A stretch of DNA of 64,000 bases from Lama guanicoe (GCA_013239625.1 MU054323.1:19238819-19302818), one strand, 5' to 3'. Shown: positions 24,995-38,273, counted from the first letter of the stretch. Numbers and translations: made by a program. The notes: generated from the letters alone by a model not told the origin.

Positions 24995-27900
24995 TAAGGT
25001 CTTTTGTGGGTCCATACAAATTTTAGAATTATTTGTTCTATTTCTGTGAAAAATGCCTTTGGAATTTTAACAGAGATTGTACTAAATATGTAGATGCCTT
25101 TGAGTAATATGGACATTTTAACAGTATTAATTCTTCCAATCCATGAACATGAGATATCTTTCCATTTGTTTGAGTCTTCATCAATTTCTGTCATCAAAGT
25201 CTTGTAGTTTTCAATGTAGAGAACCTTCATCACATTGCTTAGAATTTATTCCTAAGTATTTTATTGCTTTTGATGCTATTGTAAATGGGACTGTTTTCTT
25301 TGGTTCTTTTTCACACATTTCACTGTTAGTGTGTAGAAACACAACTGATTTCTGTATGTTGATTTTGTATTCTGCAACTTTACTGAATTCAGTTATTAGT
25401 GCTAACAGATTTTTGGTGGAGTGTTTAGGATTTTATACATATAAGATCATCTGCAAACAAAGATGATTTCACTCCTTCCTTTCTAATTTTGATGCTTTTT
25501 ATTTCTTTTTCTTGTCTGATTGCCCTGGCTAGGATTTCTAGTATTATGCTGAAAAGGAGTGATGAGCGTGGATACCCCTGTCTTGTTCCTAATCTTAAAG
25601 TAAAAGCTTTTAAGATCTCAACATTGAGTATAATGTTAGCTATAGGTTTGTCATACATGGCTTTTATATTTTGTTGAAGTGTGCTCCCTTTATACCCAAC
25701 TTGTTGAACATTTTTGAAATGAAAAAAAAAAGTTGTCAAATGCTTTTTCTGTATTTATTAAGATGATCATATGATTTTCATCTTTCATATCATTAATGAG
25801 GAATATTACATTTGTGGATTTTCACATGTTGTACAGTCCTTGCATCCCAACAATAAATCCAACCTGGCTGTGGTGTATGATCCTTTTAATGTCCTGTTGA
25901 ATTCACTTTGCTAAAATTTTATTGCAAATTTCCCCATCTATATTCATCAGGAGTATTGGTTTGCAGTTTTCTTTTCTTTCAGTGCTCTTATCTCACTTTA
26001 GCATCAGGGTAATACCGGCCTCACAAAATAAATTTGAGAGGGTTCCCTCTTCTTCAGTTTTTGGAATAGCTTGAGGAGGAATGGCATTAATTCTTTGTGA
26101 GTCTGGCAGAATTCACCAATAAAACATCTGTTCCTGTGCCTTCTTTTGTTGGTAGGTTTTCAGTTACTGATTCTATTCCCTTATTTGTTATTGGTCTGTT
26201 CAGAATTTCCTACTTCTTCTTGGTTTTAGTCTTGGTAGGCTGCATGTTTCTAGGAATTTGCCCATTTATTCTGGGTTATCCAGTTTATTGGTGTGTAACT
26301 GTTCACAGGAATCTTTTATAATCCTTTGTAACTCTGTGGTATCAGTTGCAATCTCTCTTTCATTTCTGACTCTTTTCACTTCAGTCTTCCCTTTTAGTTA
26401 GTCAAGTAAAGGTTTGTCAATTTGATGTTTTCAAAAAATCCAGCTTTTGCTTCTTGTTTTGATCTTTTCTATTGTTCTTCTGGTCTCTATTCCATTTATT
26501 TCTGCTCTGATCTTTGTTGTTTCCATCCTTCTGCTAACTTTGGGCTTACTTTGTTCTTCCTTTTCTAGTTCTTGAGGTATAAATTTAGGTTGTTTACTTG
26601 AGATCATTCTTATTTCTTAATATAGGCTATTTATCACTACAAACTCCCCTCTTACAACTCTGCTTTTACAGAATCCTGTGGTTTTGGTATGTTGTGTTTC
26701 TATTTCCATTTGTTTCAAGACTTTTTTAAGTTCTCATTTGATTTCTTCTTTGACCTATTTGTTGTTCAAAAACTCTACCCTTTTCCTCCCCCCTTTTATA
26801 TTTTTGATTTCACAGTTATAAATCTTTCTGTAGTATATGTTCATTAACAAATTATTATAATAGCTCTGGTTTTAATACCCTTGTTCTTTAACCTTTTTAC
26901 TAAAGTGATTAACAATACACTATACTGCAGTATTAGAGTATTCTGAATTTAACCATATACTTATCTTTAATAGTATATTGTATATTTTATATGTTTTCAT
27001 GTTATTAATTGGTATACTTTCATCTCAGCCTGAAGAATTCATTTAATACTTCTTGGAAGGCAGGTCTAGTGGTGATTAATTTCTTTGGCTTTTGTTGGTC
27101 TGGGAAAGTCCTTACCTTTATTTTTGAAGGACAGCTTTGCCAGATACAGTAGTCTTGGTTGGCAGGGTTGGTTTTTTTTTTTTCTTTTTCTTTTTCTTTT
27201 TTTCCCTTTCTTTCAGCACTTTGAATATATCATATCACTCTCTTTTGGCCTGTAAGATTTCTGCTGAGAAATCTGCTGATAGCCGTATGGGGGCTGCCTT
27301 GTAATTTACAAATTTCTGTTCTCTTGCTGCTAAGATTCTCTCTTTTTTCTCAATTTTTCTAAATAGTCTCTTGCAATGTGTCACAGAGATTATCTCTTTA
27401 AGTTGATTTTGTTTGATGATCTATGAGCTCCATGAAATTTGCTACCCAAATCTCTTCCCAATTTGGGAAGTTCTCAGTCATTATTTATTTAAAAGTGTTC
27501 TCTGATCCCTTCTCTCCCCCTTCTGCTTCTGGAACTTAAATAATTAGCAAATTCATCCTTTTGATGGTACCCCAAGACCATGTAGGCTTTCTTCACTCTT
27601 TTTCATTTTTTCCCTTTGTTCTCCTCTGACCAGATACTTTAAAGTTCCTATCTTTAATCTCACCGAATCTTTCTTTTGCTTGATCAAATCTGATGCTAAT
27701 GTTATCTATTGATTTTATTCATTTCATTCATTGTATTCTTCAGCTCCAGAATTTGCTTGGTTCTTTTTTATCATTTCTATCTCTTTGTTAAACTTCTCGT
27801 TTTGGTCATTTATTTTTTATCCTGATTTAATTTTCTTTCTGTTTTCTTGTAGCTTATTGAGTTTCCTCAAAACAGCTTCTTTTTAATCCTTTATCTAGTA

Positions 27901-28435
27901 AATCAGAGATCTCCATGTGTTTGAGCTCAGTTACCAGAGATTATTATGATCTTTTAATACTGGCATGTGCCCATCATTTTTCATGTTTTTTGGAATTTTG
28001 TGTCACTGTCTTTGCATTCAAAGTAACAGCTCCTACAGTCTCTATTAACTGCCTACCCCAGTGCATCCAAACTCGTAATTTCTGCTGAGTACCAGAACTT
28101 CTCTTGAAACCTGGATGACCACAAAGGCTGTCTCTCTCATCTGTGGGTGGTTTGCTAGGTTATTGTTCTCCAGTGGCTCTCAGACCTTAGCCATGAGGGG
28201 CTGAAGCAGTTCATGGGCCCCTTGCAGTGTCCACAGCCATGACTGGGGTCTATCTGCCTATTACCCAACGCACAGATGAGCAAGACTCCTCCAGGGTCCC
28301 TTGGGGGGATGGTTCTGGATCCCACAGCTCCCTCAAAAGTGTTTCCCATACATGGATGCCAAATTTCTGTTACTGAGTGTAGGCACAAAAGTAAGGGCTG
28401 TCTTACACTGCTGTAATGCTGATATTACTTCACTA
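24995..28435 (-). mobile_element. L1 with ORF2 reverse-transcriptase region joined to ORF1/5' UTR
   Basis: Minus-strand ORFs give [21 protein letters not shown] and [15 protein letters not shown]...GTRQGYP...SLFADDLI; 26780-28435 has antisense ORF1/5' motifs (ttctgctgagaaatctgctgatagcc). Confidence 0.92.
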
Positions 28436-28514
28436 ACAGTCTTCATTAACTAAATCAAAATAGTTACAGGGACCTCCTTAGTATATGCAGAATGACTCAG
28501 GATTCATATGATAG

Positions 28515-28630
28515 CAGTGGTTCTCAAAGTGCAGTCCCTACCCTAGAACTACTCAGTCAGAAACTTTGAGAGTGGAGCCCACCATCCTGTTTTCACAAAC
28601 CCTCCACATGATTCCAGAACATGGCTTGTC
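28515..28630. mobile_element. MER5A-like hAT-Charlie remnant
   Basis: cagtggttctcaaagtgcagtccc...actcagtcagaaactttgagagtggagccc...ctgttttcacaaaccctcc. Confidence 0.6.
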
Positions 28631-30700
28631 TGATTAAAAGAAATATGGGTTCTCTAGGCAGTAATATTGAAAAGGGACAAGTTATGGGCACAGGCAATTG
28701 GACAACTAAGATGGTAGATCCTGAGTGTCTTGGGTGGAAATTGAGGAACAAAAAGATTATAATAGTGGGAGATATTAAAGGAGAGTAGAATTCAGCATGA
28801 GATAAAAACACAGGTCTACTGGGAATAAAGGAGTGAGACACGACTCTCCAATCTCCATGTTTTGAAGTCCAAGTCCATGTCTCTTGATGTCTAAGTCTCA
28901 GCATCAAGGCTTTAGTTAGAAAGAAGTGTTGAGATTATTTTGTGAGCAACATCAGATTGGCATGACTGGGACTAACAGCAAAGAGATCACCCATAATTGC
29001 ATTCTGCCCATGCGTCACTTTGTTTCAACCAGATATAAACTGAGATGAACAGTGGATTTCAGCCACAGTAGGTTTACTTGTTAAAGATATCTATAATTTC
29101 ATTTTTATCCAAGTTCGAACCATTGTTTACAGTTAACCAACAGCTGTTTGCTAAATAATTTTTAATAAGAATATTTATAATAGTCATCATGATGAACTAA
29201 GCTTCCCATGGTGTTAAATCAAATGAAGGACTGGTCCACATCAAATGATGATTAAACAGGTCAAAGGAGACTACATCATTATTTTGTTTTCTCAGCTCTA
29301 CTCAAAAATAGATAAATTTCAATGTCATTATTTCATACAATTTGTCTCATCAGAAGATATCCATAAGCAGGACTGAGCAGTCATTTGATCTCTAACCAAT
29401 TTAAAGCAGAAATTATTGTTTGATCCAGAGACCCCAACAAGTCACTCTTCAGGCTGAAGGATAAAGGAAACAATAAGATCTTTTTAACCTAATCCCACCT
29501 GAGAAAAAAATAACTTAAAATAATTTTGTAACAATGTTGACAACTTACATGAAGGTACTAGAATAGTATGCCATTGTGGTTAAATTTATTTTTAAATTAT
29601 TTTTCACAAACAGGTAACGTTAAAGACACTAGACATTTTAGTGGCTAGACAAATTTTGTTCTATTCAAATTTTTTTCACATTTCAAGGTCCATGGTAATA
29701 TAAGCTCCAAGTCAGAAACTGGGTCATCTACTATTTCTGAAAAGACCTCGTCAAAGTAAAAAAAAATGTTATCTGGAGTCCAATGAGGAAAAGTAAGCCA
29801 TTTAACTAAACTCTGGTCAGTAAAAATAGAATTAAAAATGTCAAAATATATCCACTAGGCAAGACATTTTTAAAGTGTGATAATGGCCAAATATTGGGGG
29901 GTTTGCACTTTATTTATATGAACCCATCCTGGAAGGAAATACTTCTCATCAGGGAATGGGTAGTAGTAATTATGGAAGATTTCAGGTTAGATGACTGATT
30001 TGATTGAGTCTGGTATAACCTGGCACAAAGGCTTCATTGGGTGTTAGCAGTGCAGAAATACCATCCCATATATCATAGACATTTATTTTGGAGAAGAGCA
30101 CATTTGTCACATTGCAGGAAATGCAGCCCTAAACTCTGACTTATTTCATCATCACTTTATAATCTTAAATCTCTGCTGTGTTTCTGCTAATCACACTTGA
30201 ACTCAGTGAGGTTAAAAACTGCTTTTTCCTCCTTTCATTACTTTCAAGCAAGATCTGACTCTTCATTCCTTATTCTTAAAAACATTGCCAGAAAAATTAT
30301 CCAAAACTTGACAATAAGGCAAAAAGATAGACAGCATATCCCTTCAATGTTGTACAGAGGTAAAGGCCACCTTAATCTTATGCAGGAGTCTGATTTTTGT
30401 TCATGTCACTGTTCATGACTGATTAAAGTTCTAAGACATAGTGAAATTATATTTTTACATAAGAGTAATGTAAATAATTCCTCTCTAATGAAACACATAA
30501 TCTAAACATTGAAATCAAATACTGAAATACTGAAATAAGCATGGCACCCCACTTACTCTATTTTCCGTTGCTCAGATAGGTGCAGGGTAGGCTTGACCCA
30601 TTAAGTATATCTGAAACCAGGGTGGGGGTGCCAGTCTCTCCTTTCACAGACTCCTCAGTCTTGAAAAGTGTTTCTCATAGAAGTCTCTTCTTTTGATTTG

Positions 30701-31199
30701 TGTAGTAGGTAGAATTTGGCCTTCCCCCAAAACGTCCACATCTTAATTCCAAGAACCTTTAAATACGTTGCATTAAATGGCAAAGGGGAATTAAGGTTGC
30801 AGATGCAATTAAGGTTACTAATCAGCTGACCTTAAAACCTTAAAATAAGGAGATTATTCTGGATTACCCAGAAAACTAATATAATCACAAGATTCCATGA
30901 AAGTAGAAGACAGAGGCACAAGAGTCAGAGTGCTAGGATAAGACAAGATCTCAACCCACATTATTGTCTTTGAAGATAAGGAAGGGGACCATGAACAGTG
31001 GAACGTGGGCAGCCTCTAGCAACTAGAAAAGGCAAAGGAATGGATTCTCTCCTGGAGCATCCAGAAAGGAATGCAGCCCTGCTGACACCTTAATCTTAGC
31101 CAGGGAGGCCTACCTTAGATTTCTGAGCTCTAAATTTGTGTTGTTTTAGGTCACTAAGTTCGTGATAACTTGTTATGGCAGTGGTAAAAAATAAATACA
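30701..31199 (+). mobile_element. MaLR solo LTR (MLT1D-like), near full length
   Basis: Starts tgtagtaggtagaat and ends aaataca; ggcaaaggggaattaaggttgcagatg, gagattattctggattaccca, ccagaaaggaatgcagccctgctgacacctt. Confidence 0.9.
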
Positions 31200-31754
31200 G
31201 CATAAGTAGATTTGAAGAACTCTCTCCTCATTCTCCCTCGCTGTTCCCAGAGTCTGACTATCCAGATTCTCAAATTCCAAGTCTTCTGCTTACATAATCA
31301 GTGAGAGAGAGGGAACTGATGCTTGTAGGATTCCCCAACCTCTAGAAAGTGTGACAGAGATCTGTCAACATTCTTAATCTTTCTACTTAGAGAGAATACG
31401 GTACCCACTGTTTAAGCTTTGCAAATTTAGTTGCAATCCTAGGATAATAGGAACAGATTTATGTAGCTAGACTAAATATGAGAGAAAGAAAAATTTGGTC
31501 TGAAAAAAGAAAAAAAACCTGTTGTGAACATGTCACTTAGGTATCACTTGCTCATCTTGGGTACTTGCTTAAAATACTGAGCAATGAATCTTGTTCTAAA
31601 CCTACCTAACCAATATCCCTGGGGATGGAGGGCCATAGTGTTACACCTTCTGACACACACTAAAACTTGATAAACCCAGTCATACAGAATACATGTTTTT
31701 CTTCATTTCTCTCTACTACATAAGCCTTAGAACCAACAAGAAAAGCAAAGTTTT

Positions 31755-31900
31755 TGTTTTTAGAGGTAGACTGTATCTGCTACCTCACTTGACAGGTGGA
31801 AGACCTGAGACCCAGAGAAGATAAGTGATTTGAGGAAAGAGATGGCATCTTGATGACAAAGTAGGGGCTGGACAAGAGAGACTGTGCCCTCTACTCCCTG
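31755..31900 (-). mobile_element. MIR fragment
   Basis: gacaggtggaagacctgagacccagagaagataagtgatttg. Confidence 0.5.
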
Positions 31901-33249
31901 GCCTTTCACTCTTATTTAAAGTCATCTCTCTTGACCACAAGAGGGAACAGTGCCTTTTAGAAGCAAACACATTCATTGTAGGTTTGTTTCCTCTCCACGG
32001 TAGCTCCATTTTTATTGTTAATTATTGCTATTTCAACAAATGACTGCAAACCATTTTGTGCCATTAAATTCCCACACCAACTGTGAGATGTGTAAGTGCT
32101 TGTTCCCCAGCGTTTCCTAGTCAAACAATCACATGTGCTGTCTTCTCCGCTGGGTTCTGATGCTTTGGGAAGTATACGGAATTGTCCTCCACCCAGGAGA
32201 CTTGGTAATACTCAACTAATCTCAGACTTCTGTTTCTGCCTGGAGGGTGTTTTACATGTCAATAGTCGCTACCGAGTTTACTGTTAAAAGAAGTTAAATG
32301 GTTTGCTTTGATCCTAGAAGCCTGTCGTTAAAACTCCTGCCAACTGGCAAAAACTTGAAAGGTTTGCTTTTCAGCATTAAGCACTAGGAAAGTTTAGTCA
32401 GTTGGACTTGGCTTGATTTTTTTTTCCCCTCAAGATGAGTTTCCTTCTTTGAAAGACTCCCCAGAAGAATAAATTAATAAGATGTCAAGAAAAGGAAAAT
32501 TCAGATCTGAAGTGAAAATGGAAAGGTACCATTATACATTAAAGGGGCGCAAGGCCCCTGTCTTAGCTTCGCAGAGCAGCGATCAGACAGCAAGTCTGAT
32601 TTTTCCAAGAAGAGCAACGTCCTTGGCACTTACACAGACCTAACTGCTAAAACCACCTCAACCCGCTTCCTTTCTCTTTGTCCTGTCTCCTTGCACAAGC
32701 CAAAGGTGGGTCTTATTTCTATTAATTTTAATATTCACTGGGAAGAACACCATCCCAGCATGCCTCCCTGTGGTACTAGCCTCAAAAATCAAACGCCCAT
32801 TTCAGCTGCCAGTGGCTCTTGTGACTATTAATCCCAAGCAGGACTGAGATTTGCAGGAAACATCTAACCTTGGTTTATGGTTCTTTATGTTTTCATAGTT
32901 CCTCTTCCCTGGCACTTTGAATAAATCTCTTTTTATGATTTTCTGTTGCAGAAACTGGAAGCCTTTCTCATTTGTATAAAATATACAAAAAAATAAGTGA
33001 ATTGCAAAATGGAATGACTAATGGTACATATTATATCTTTTATATATGTTTATGTATATATGTTAAAGTAAACGTTATATATATTTATTATAAAATATAA
33101 ATATAATACATTATATATAATAAATTGAATATGTTATGATAACATTGTGACTGGATCTGAATATGGTTCCTTTTTTTTTCCCCCTAGTTTACTCTGACAT
33201 GGTTATTTTGGTGAATTCTCAAATTAAGCTAAGGAGGCATATTCAAAAT

Positions 33250-33640
33250 ATAATCACTTCTCCCCAAAATGTCTCATGGGCACATTAGTTAAATCACTCT
33301 TCTTCAGCTACTATATCTAATCAGTCACCAAATCCTCCTGTTTCAACCTTTTAAGATGTCTCAAATCTGCTCCTTTTCTCTTAGGTTTGGTTACATACCC
33401 ACACACTAACAAATAAATCCGGATTGCAGCAACTGTCTCCTAGTTTTGAATCTCTGCCTTCATCTCCACATCACTGCCACATGAATACTGTTATGATACT
33501 GGATAAAAACAAGTGTCCCTCCTCTATTGAAGCCACACCACAATGCTTCAAGATCTGACAGTATCTGACCCCACAGTAGCTAGACATTTCTTCTGTCTCA
33601 ACCTACTGGTGCTCAGATCTTGCCTTGGTTCAAGTTCTCT
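33250..33640 (+). mobile_element. L2 LINE fragment
   Basis: atatctaatcagtcaccaaatcctcctgtttcaaccttttaagatgtctcaaatctgctccttttctc is a typical L2 motif. Confidence 0.5.
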
Positions 33641-33929
33641 GCTGAAAGCCATAAAAGTTCCCATGTACTAAACAAGCCACCATTAGTCTTAAAGTTCAAG
33701 AGATTCTAGGAAAATTAAAAAAAAAAAAAACACTTCTCATCTACTTGGGTCTTTTCTGAAATCCAATTTCAGCTCTAATAAATAAGCCCAGTAACATTAT
33801 ATTCCCTTATATTTGTTGTCTCATTTATATCTGTTGAATTCTAATTGCTAAGATTCTTGAGATATTTAAATACAAGAACCTTACTTGAGAACTTCATGCA
33901 TTCAGTCATTGGATTTATCCTTTCATTTT

Positions 33930-35240
33930 AAACAACTGAAAAGACCAGGGAAAGTACTGGAAACAATAATTTTCAGGCATTGGACAATAAACAGCACGAA
34001 ATCATGATCCCTGAGAAAAGGGAAGAAATGAAGTGTGCCCTAAGTATGCCCCAACTTACTACCTAGAGAAAGTCTGTAGGCTGCAGGATAGAGAAGGGAA
34101 GCCAAACAGAACTCAGCAGTCTCCCTGAGTTGAGGGAACAGAGCAGAGAATTCAGGGAGGCCAAGGCAGCTAGGATCAGTAGAATAAAGTATCAGACAGA
34201 AATGAGGTGCATAGAAAAGCTCTGGAGATCTTCAGAAAGTTCTTTTCAAGTCTTCAGCTGAGTACTGTCCAGTCCAAGTTTACGAGGAAACTACTCAAAA
34301 CCAGAAAAACCACCACCACACAGAAAGAGGCAGAACACAGCCCGGGCAAGTAATTCAAAATGCATCACAGACCTGCGTGTAAGAGCTAAGCCTGTACAAC
34401 GTCCAGAAGAAAACTTCAGTAGAAGACTTCAGTGATCTTGGGGCAGGGAAATCCTTCTTAAATAAAACGCAGAAACTACAAGCTAGAAGGGCGGTAAGAT
34501 CAACCAACTGGACGTCATCAAATTAATCGATCTTTACACTTCAAAAGACACTGTCACAAAATGAAAATACAAGTCCCATGCTGGAAGAACATAGTCGGAA
34601 AATGAATACTTGATGAAAAGTTTGTATCCAAAATATAGAAAGAATTCTTCAACTCAGTAACCAATAAAACAGCCGAACTTATTTTTAAATGGCAAAAAGA
34701 TTTGAAAAGACACTTTATTAAGGAAGATACATGAATGGGAAATTAGCACATAGAATTATTCTCACATAATTTGTGATTAAGGAAATGCAAATTAAAACCA
34801 CAGTGAGATACCACTAAACAAGCACTAGAATGACTAAAAAAAATTTTTTTAAACTGACGATGCCAACCAAGTACAGATGAGAATATGAAGCTACTCCAAC
34901 TCTCATACGTTGTGTGGGATGTATAATGATTAAAACGACTTTGAAAATTTGTTTTGTAGTTTCTTAAAATTATAAACATGCACCTATATGTGATCCAGCC
35001 ATTCTATCCCTAGATATTTAATAAAGGGAAATAAAATCCCATCTGCTCCCCCTACCTCCAAATATCCTCTAAATGTTTATAGCAGCTAGATACACAAATG
35101 TCAGAAATTTGAAGTGACCCAAATGTTTACTGATTGGTGATTGGTTAAACAAATTGAGATCCATCCTTACAACAGAATACCATAAGCAATGAAAGGGAAG
35201 GACTGCCTGACACATGCAGAACATGCAAAGCAAACACCAA
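33930..35240 (+). mobile_element. Old L1: 5' segment (about 33930-34340) abutting ORF2 C-terminus and 3' region
   Basis: tttcaggcattggacaata...atgatccctgagaaaagggaa (5' end); then ggacgtcatcaaatt, aaggaaatgcaaattaaaaccacagtgagataccac, tgatccagccattctatccctag. Confidence 0.75.
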
Positions 35241-35261
35241 AGGCTCTCGACTTCTTACTAG

Positions 35262-35555
35262 TTTTTTTTTTTTAATTGAAGTACAGTCAGTTACAATGTG
35301 TCAATTTCTGGTGTACAGCATAATGTTCCAATCATGCCTATATATGCATACTCATTTTCATTATCCTTTTCATTAAAAGTTATCACAAGACACTGAATAT
35401 AGTCCTCTGTGCTATACAGAAGAAAAAATTTTTTTATCTGTTTTTATATGTAGTGGTTAACCTTTGCAAATCTCAAACTCCCAAATTTTGTCTCTTCCCA
35501 CCTTCTTTCCCATGGTAACCATAAAATTGTTTACTAGGTCTGCAAGTCTGTTTCC
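35262..35555 (-). mobile_element. Lineage-specific L1 3' end
   Basis: Poly-T followed by aattgaagtacagtcagttacaatgtgtcaatttctggtgtacagc...ttgcaaatctcaaactccc; reverse complement of the 3' UTR at 7950-8250. Confidence 0.9.
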
Positions 35556-36720
35556 TCACTTTACATGTTTTCCTCTTCTTATGTATGTTGGTAATTTCGA
35601 TGTTGTTCCATGTATCTCTGAGGCTCTTTTCATCTATATTCAAGTTGTTTTATCCATCTTCTTCACAGTATATAATTTCTACTGATAAATCCTCAAGTTC
35701 ACTGATTCATTCTCCTACCATTTCGTATCTGCTATTGACTATACACAGTGATCTTTTTCATTTGATGATTACACTTTACAACACTAGAATTTCCTTTTTT
35801 TAGTTTCTATTTTTTAATATTCACTCTTTGTTGAGTCATTCTCATTATGTGTTCTTTAAAGTCTGTAAACAAGGTTTCCTTTAATTCTTTGACCATATTT
35901 GAGTTGTTTTGAAATTTTTCTATTATAAATCCAACATCTGTGCCCACTTAAAGTTAGTTTCTATTGTCTGATTATTTTCCTAATTATGTCACACTTTTCT
36001 GTCTCTTTACATGTTTTATATTTGCTTTTGTTCTTGTTGTTATTAAAGTGAAACATTTTAGACAATATATTCTAACTGCCCTGGATTTTAATTTTTCCCC
36101 TGAGGGGTTTTGTTGCTGTTGTTTTCTATAAACTTGTTTATTTAACATCCCTGGACATAATCTACAGAATCTGTCACCCTTTTGATATGTGGTTGCTGAT
36201 GACTGTCACCACTTTTTTTAATTCTTGTTTTTATTTTTTCAGCTTAACTACATCCTAAGGGTCACCCCTGTGTCTTTATAACTTTGTGGTCTGTCAGTGA
36301 TTGGTATAAGGTTGTGCTCAAAACCTTTGATCTAGTAAGGCTTCCATGCTTGACTGGTGAACTTGTGTGTGGGGCGAGAAATAGGTTCAAAGTTCAGGTA
36401 GTTTTCAGGTTGGACCCAGCTTTCACTTTCTGATGGCTTACTTGGATCTCCCCAGCATGTGCTGGCTTTCTGTCATGTGAAGAACTTGGGCCTTCCCGGG
36501 CCTCCGCTGTGTGTGTGCAGCATCCAGGTGAGGGGCATGCGGAGAACTTGTCTAGCCCCTCCACGTCTCTCCCATTTTCAGGATTTCTTTTGTTAGACTT
36601 CTGGCTACTCTGGCGGGCTTAGGCTTATCACGAAGGACAGCAATTTAAGGCTGGCAGGAGGGCAGTCTTCTCTATTCATTTTCCCAGTTTGCTACTTTTG
36701 CTGACTGTCACTATGCTGGC
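35556..36720 (-). mobile_element. Old L1 ORF1/5' remnant
   Basis: tctctgaggctcttttca...atatcctcaagttcactgattc-like and aaatccaacatctg motifs, antisense ORF1 region. Confidence 0.6.
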
Positions 36721-36829
36721 TAGTGTGCTCAATGGGCAAAAAATGAGAGGTATGCCTTATAAGTGCAAAGAAGGTGTTAAAGCACCTGGATCAGAATGGC
36801 TGAAACCTGTGCAAACCAGTCACCACAGC

Positions 36830-37930
36830 AATAGCTAGAGTAAGAGGGAGAACCTGGAAGATTTAAAACGCAGACCGAGAGGCTTTTGATACAAAGACAT
36901 CATGAAAATGTGAATAGAGTAATTTACCTTATTCTTGGGTAGAAATAAAATTCTTGGCCAAGTGAATCCATAATTGAAATAAAAATTTCACAGGAACTAT
37001 ATTAAATATCTTATAATAATCTATAATGGAAAAGAATCTGAAAAAGAATGTGTGTGTCTGTGTATATGTGTATATATATATATAAAACTGAATCACTTTG
37101 TTGTACACCTGAAATTAGCACAACATTGTAAATTAACTATACTTCAACTTAAAAAAAAGAGTAAAGATATTTGGAAAGGGGAAAAAGAATAAAATTTCAT
37201 AAAACCTCACAGAATGTTTTGCTGAATTGACAAGCTATTTTTTTTTAATGTGTAAGAAAAAAATCACCAAAGGGAATCAGAATTCTCCTGAAGGAAAACA
37301 AGTTGAGGGATATTATTTTATAGGCATAAAAATTTTAAATAGCGATGGAGGAACTGGTACAAAGATAGATGAATAATGGAACAAAATAAAGAACCCCAAA
37401 GCAATGCCATACATATAAAAGTTATAATATAATCTATTTACAACAGAATTGGCATTGCAGATCATTGGGAAAACATGGTGTTTTCAATAAATGGTTGTGG
37501 GGACAACAGGCTTTCCGTACATTACATTCCTAATGTAATGAGATCATATATCACAGCATAAACAAATTCCAACTGGATCAGAAAGTCAAATATTAAAGAA
37601 AAACTAAAATTCAGTTATGAGTCACTACAAGAAAATATATAGTTGGCAGTGACATAAGGACTGATTGTTTAAACTGGATTTAAAAACGACAATAATGACA
37701 TTCACCATGAAGGAAAAATATATACACACACCCACACTCAATTACATTAAAATTAAGGAGCTCTGTTCATTAAAAGAATCGACAAAAAAGTGAAAATTCA
37801 AGCAACTAACTGGATGAATCTTAAAAAGCACATCAACTACCAAAGGAGTAGTATACTGAATTCTTAAGTACTTCCCACAAATCGTAAGAAGAGGCCAACC
37901 TACCCAACAGGAAAACTGTCAAAAGAGAAA
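36830..37930 (+). mobile_element. Decayed old L1 ORF2 fragment
   Basis: gaattgacaagcta, aactggtacaaagatagatgaataatggaacaaaata, ttttcaataaatggttgtggggacaac. Confidence 0.65.
36989..37159 (+). mobile_element. Short artiodactyl-type L1 3' end nested in the older L1
   Basis: caggaactatattaaatatctt...aatggaaaagaatctgaaaaagaat...actgaatcactttgttgtacacctgaa...actatacttcaacttaaaaaaaa. Confidence 0.85.
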
Positions 37931-38273
37931 AAGGATGCAGAAACGGTCCACCATATTGATTTAATCCACTAACAGATTTTGATTTAGAGTTTGGAAAATA
38001 CTACCCTAGGCCAAATGACTGAGCAACTGGAAGAACGACTGTCAATGGAACTACACTGTCTCTTTATACTGCGTCTTGTTCACTTGCAATGCCAGAACCC
38101 AGACATTTCAAAAACAAATTCATTTTTTTCCTTTAAGCTTCAAAAGTCACAGAATTGATTACTGCGTAAATTCAAAAGCAAACGAAGTAAAATATGTAAC
38201 AAAGTATTCAACCCTTGCTTTGTTCTCCTCTGCCTCCACCACCTCCCCAGAAACAGCTTTTGCACACGTCTTG

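Noticed and set aside
76..32570. Exon-by-exon annotation of about 40 vitellogenin pseudo-exons as features
   Set aside because: It failed my negative controls. The same flexible matching gave NADILK/SW at 1356-1380 (vs NADNLESIW), KC..VL/RC at 42327-42349 (vs KCYSTEPVLRC) and C/YH/LV.D..C at 57127-57156 (vs CYHILVQDC) in regions where those exons cannot lie. Implied exons were often too long and introns too short. Kept only as a hypothesis.
33020..33135. Very AT-rich quasi-palindromic stretch
   Set aside because: Degenerate (TA)n low-complexity sequence; self-complementarity is trivial at this composition.
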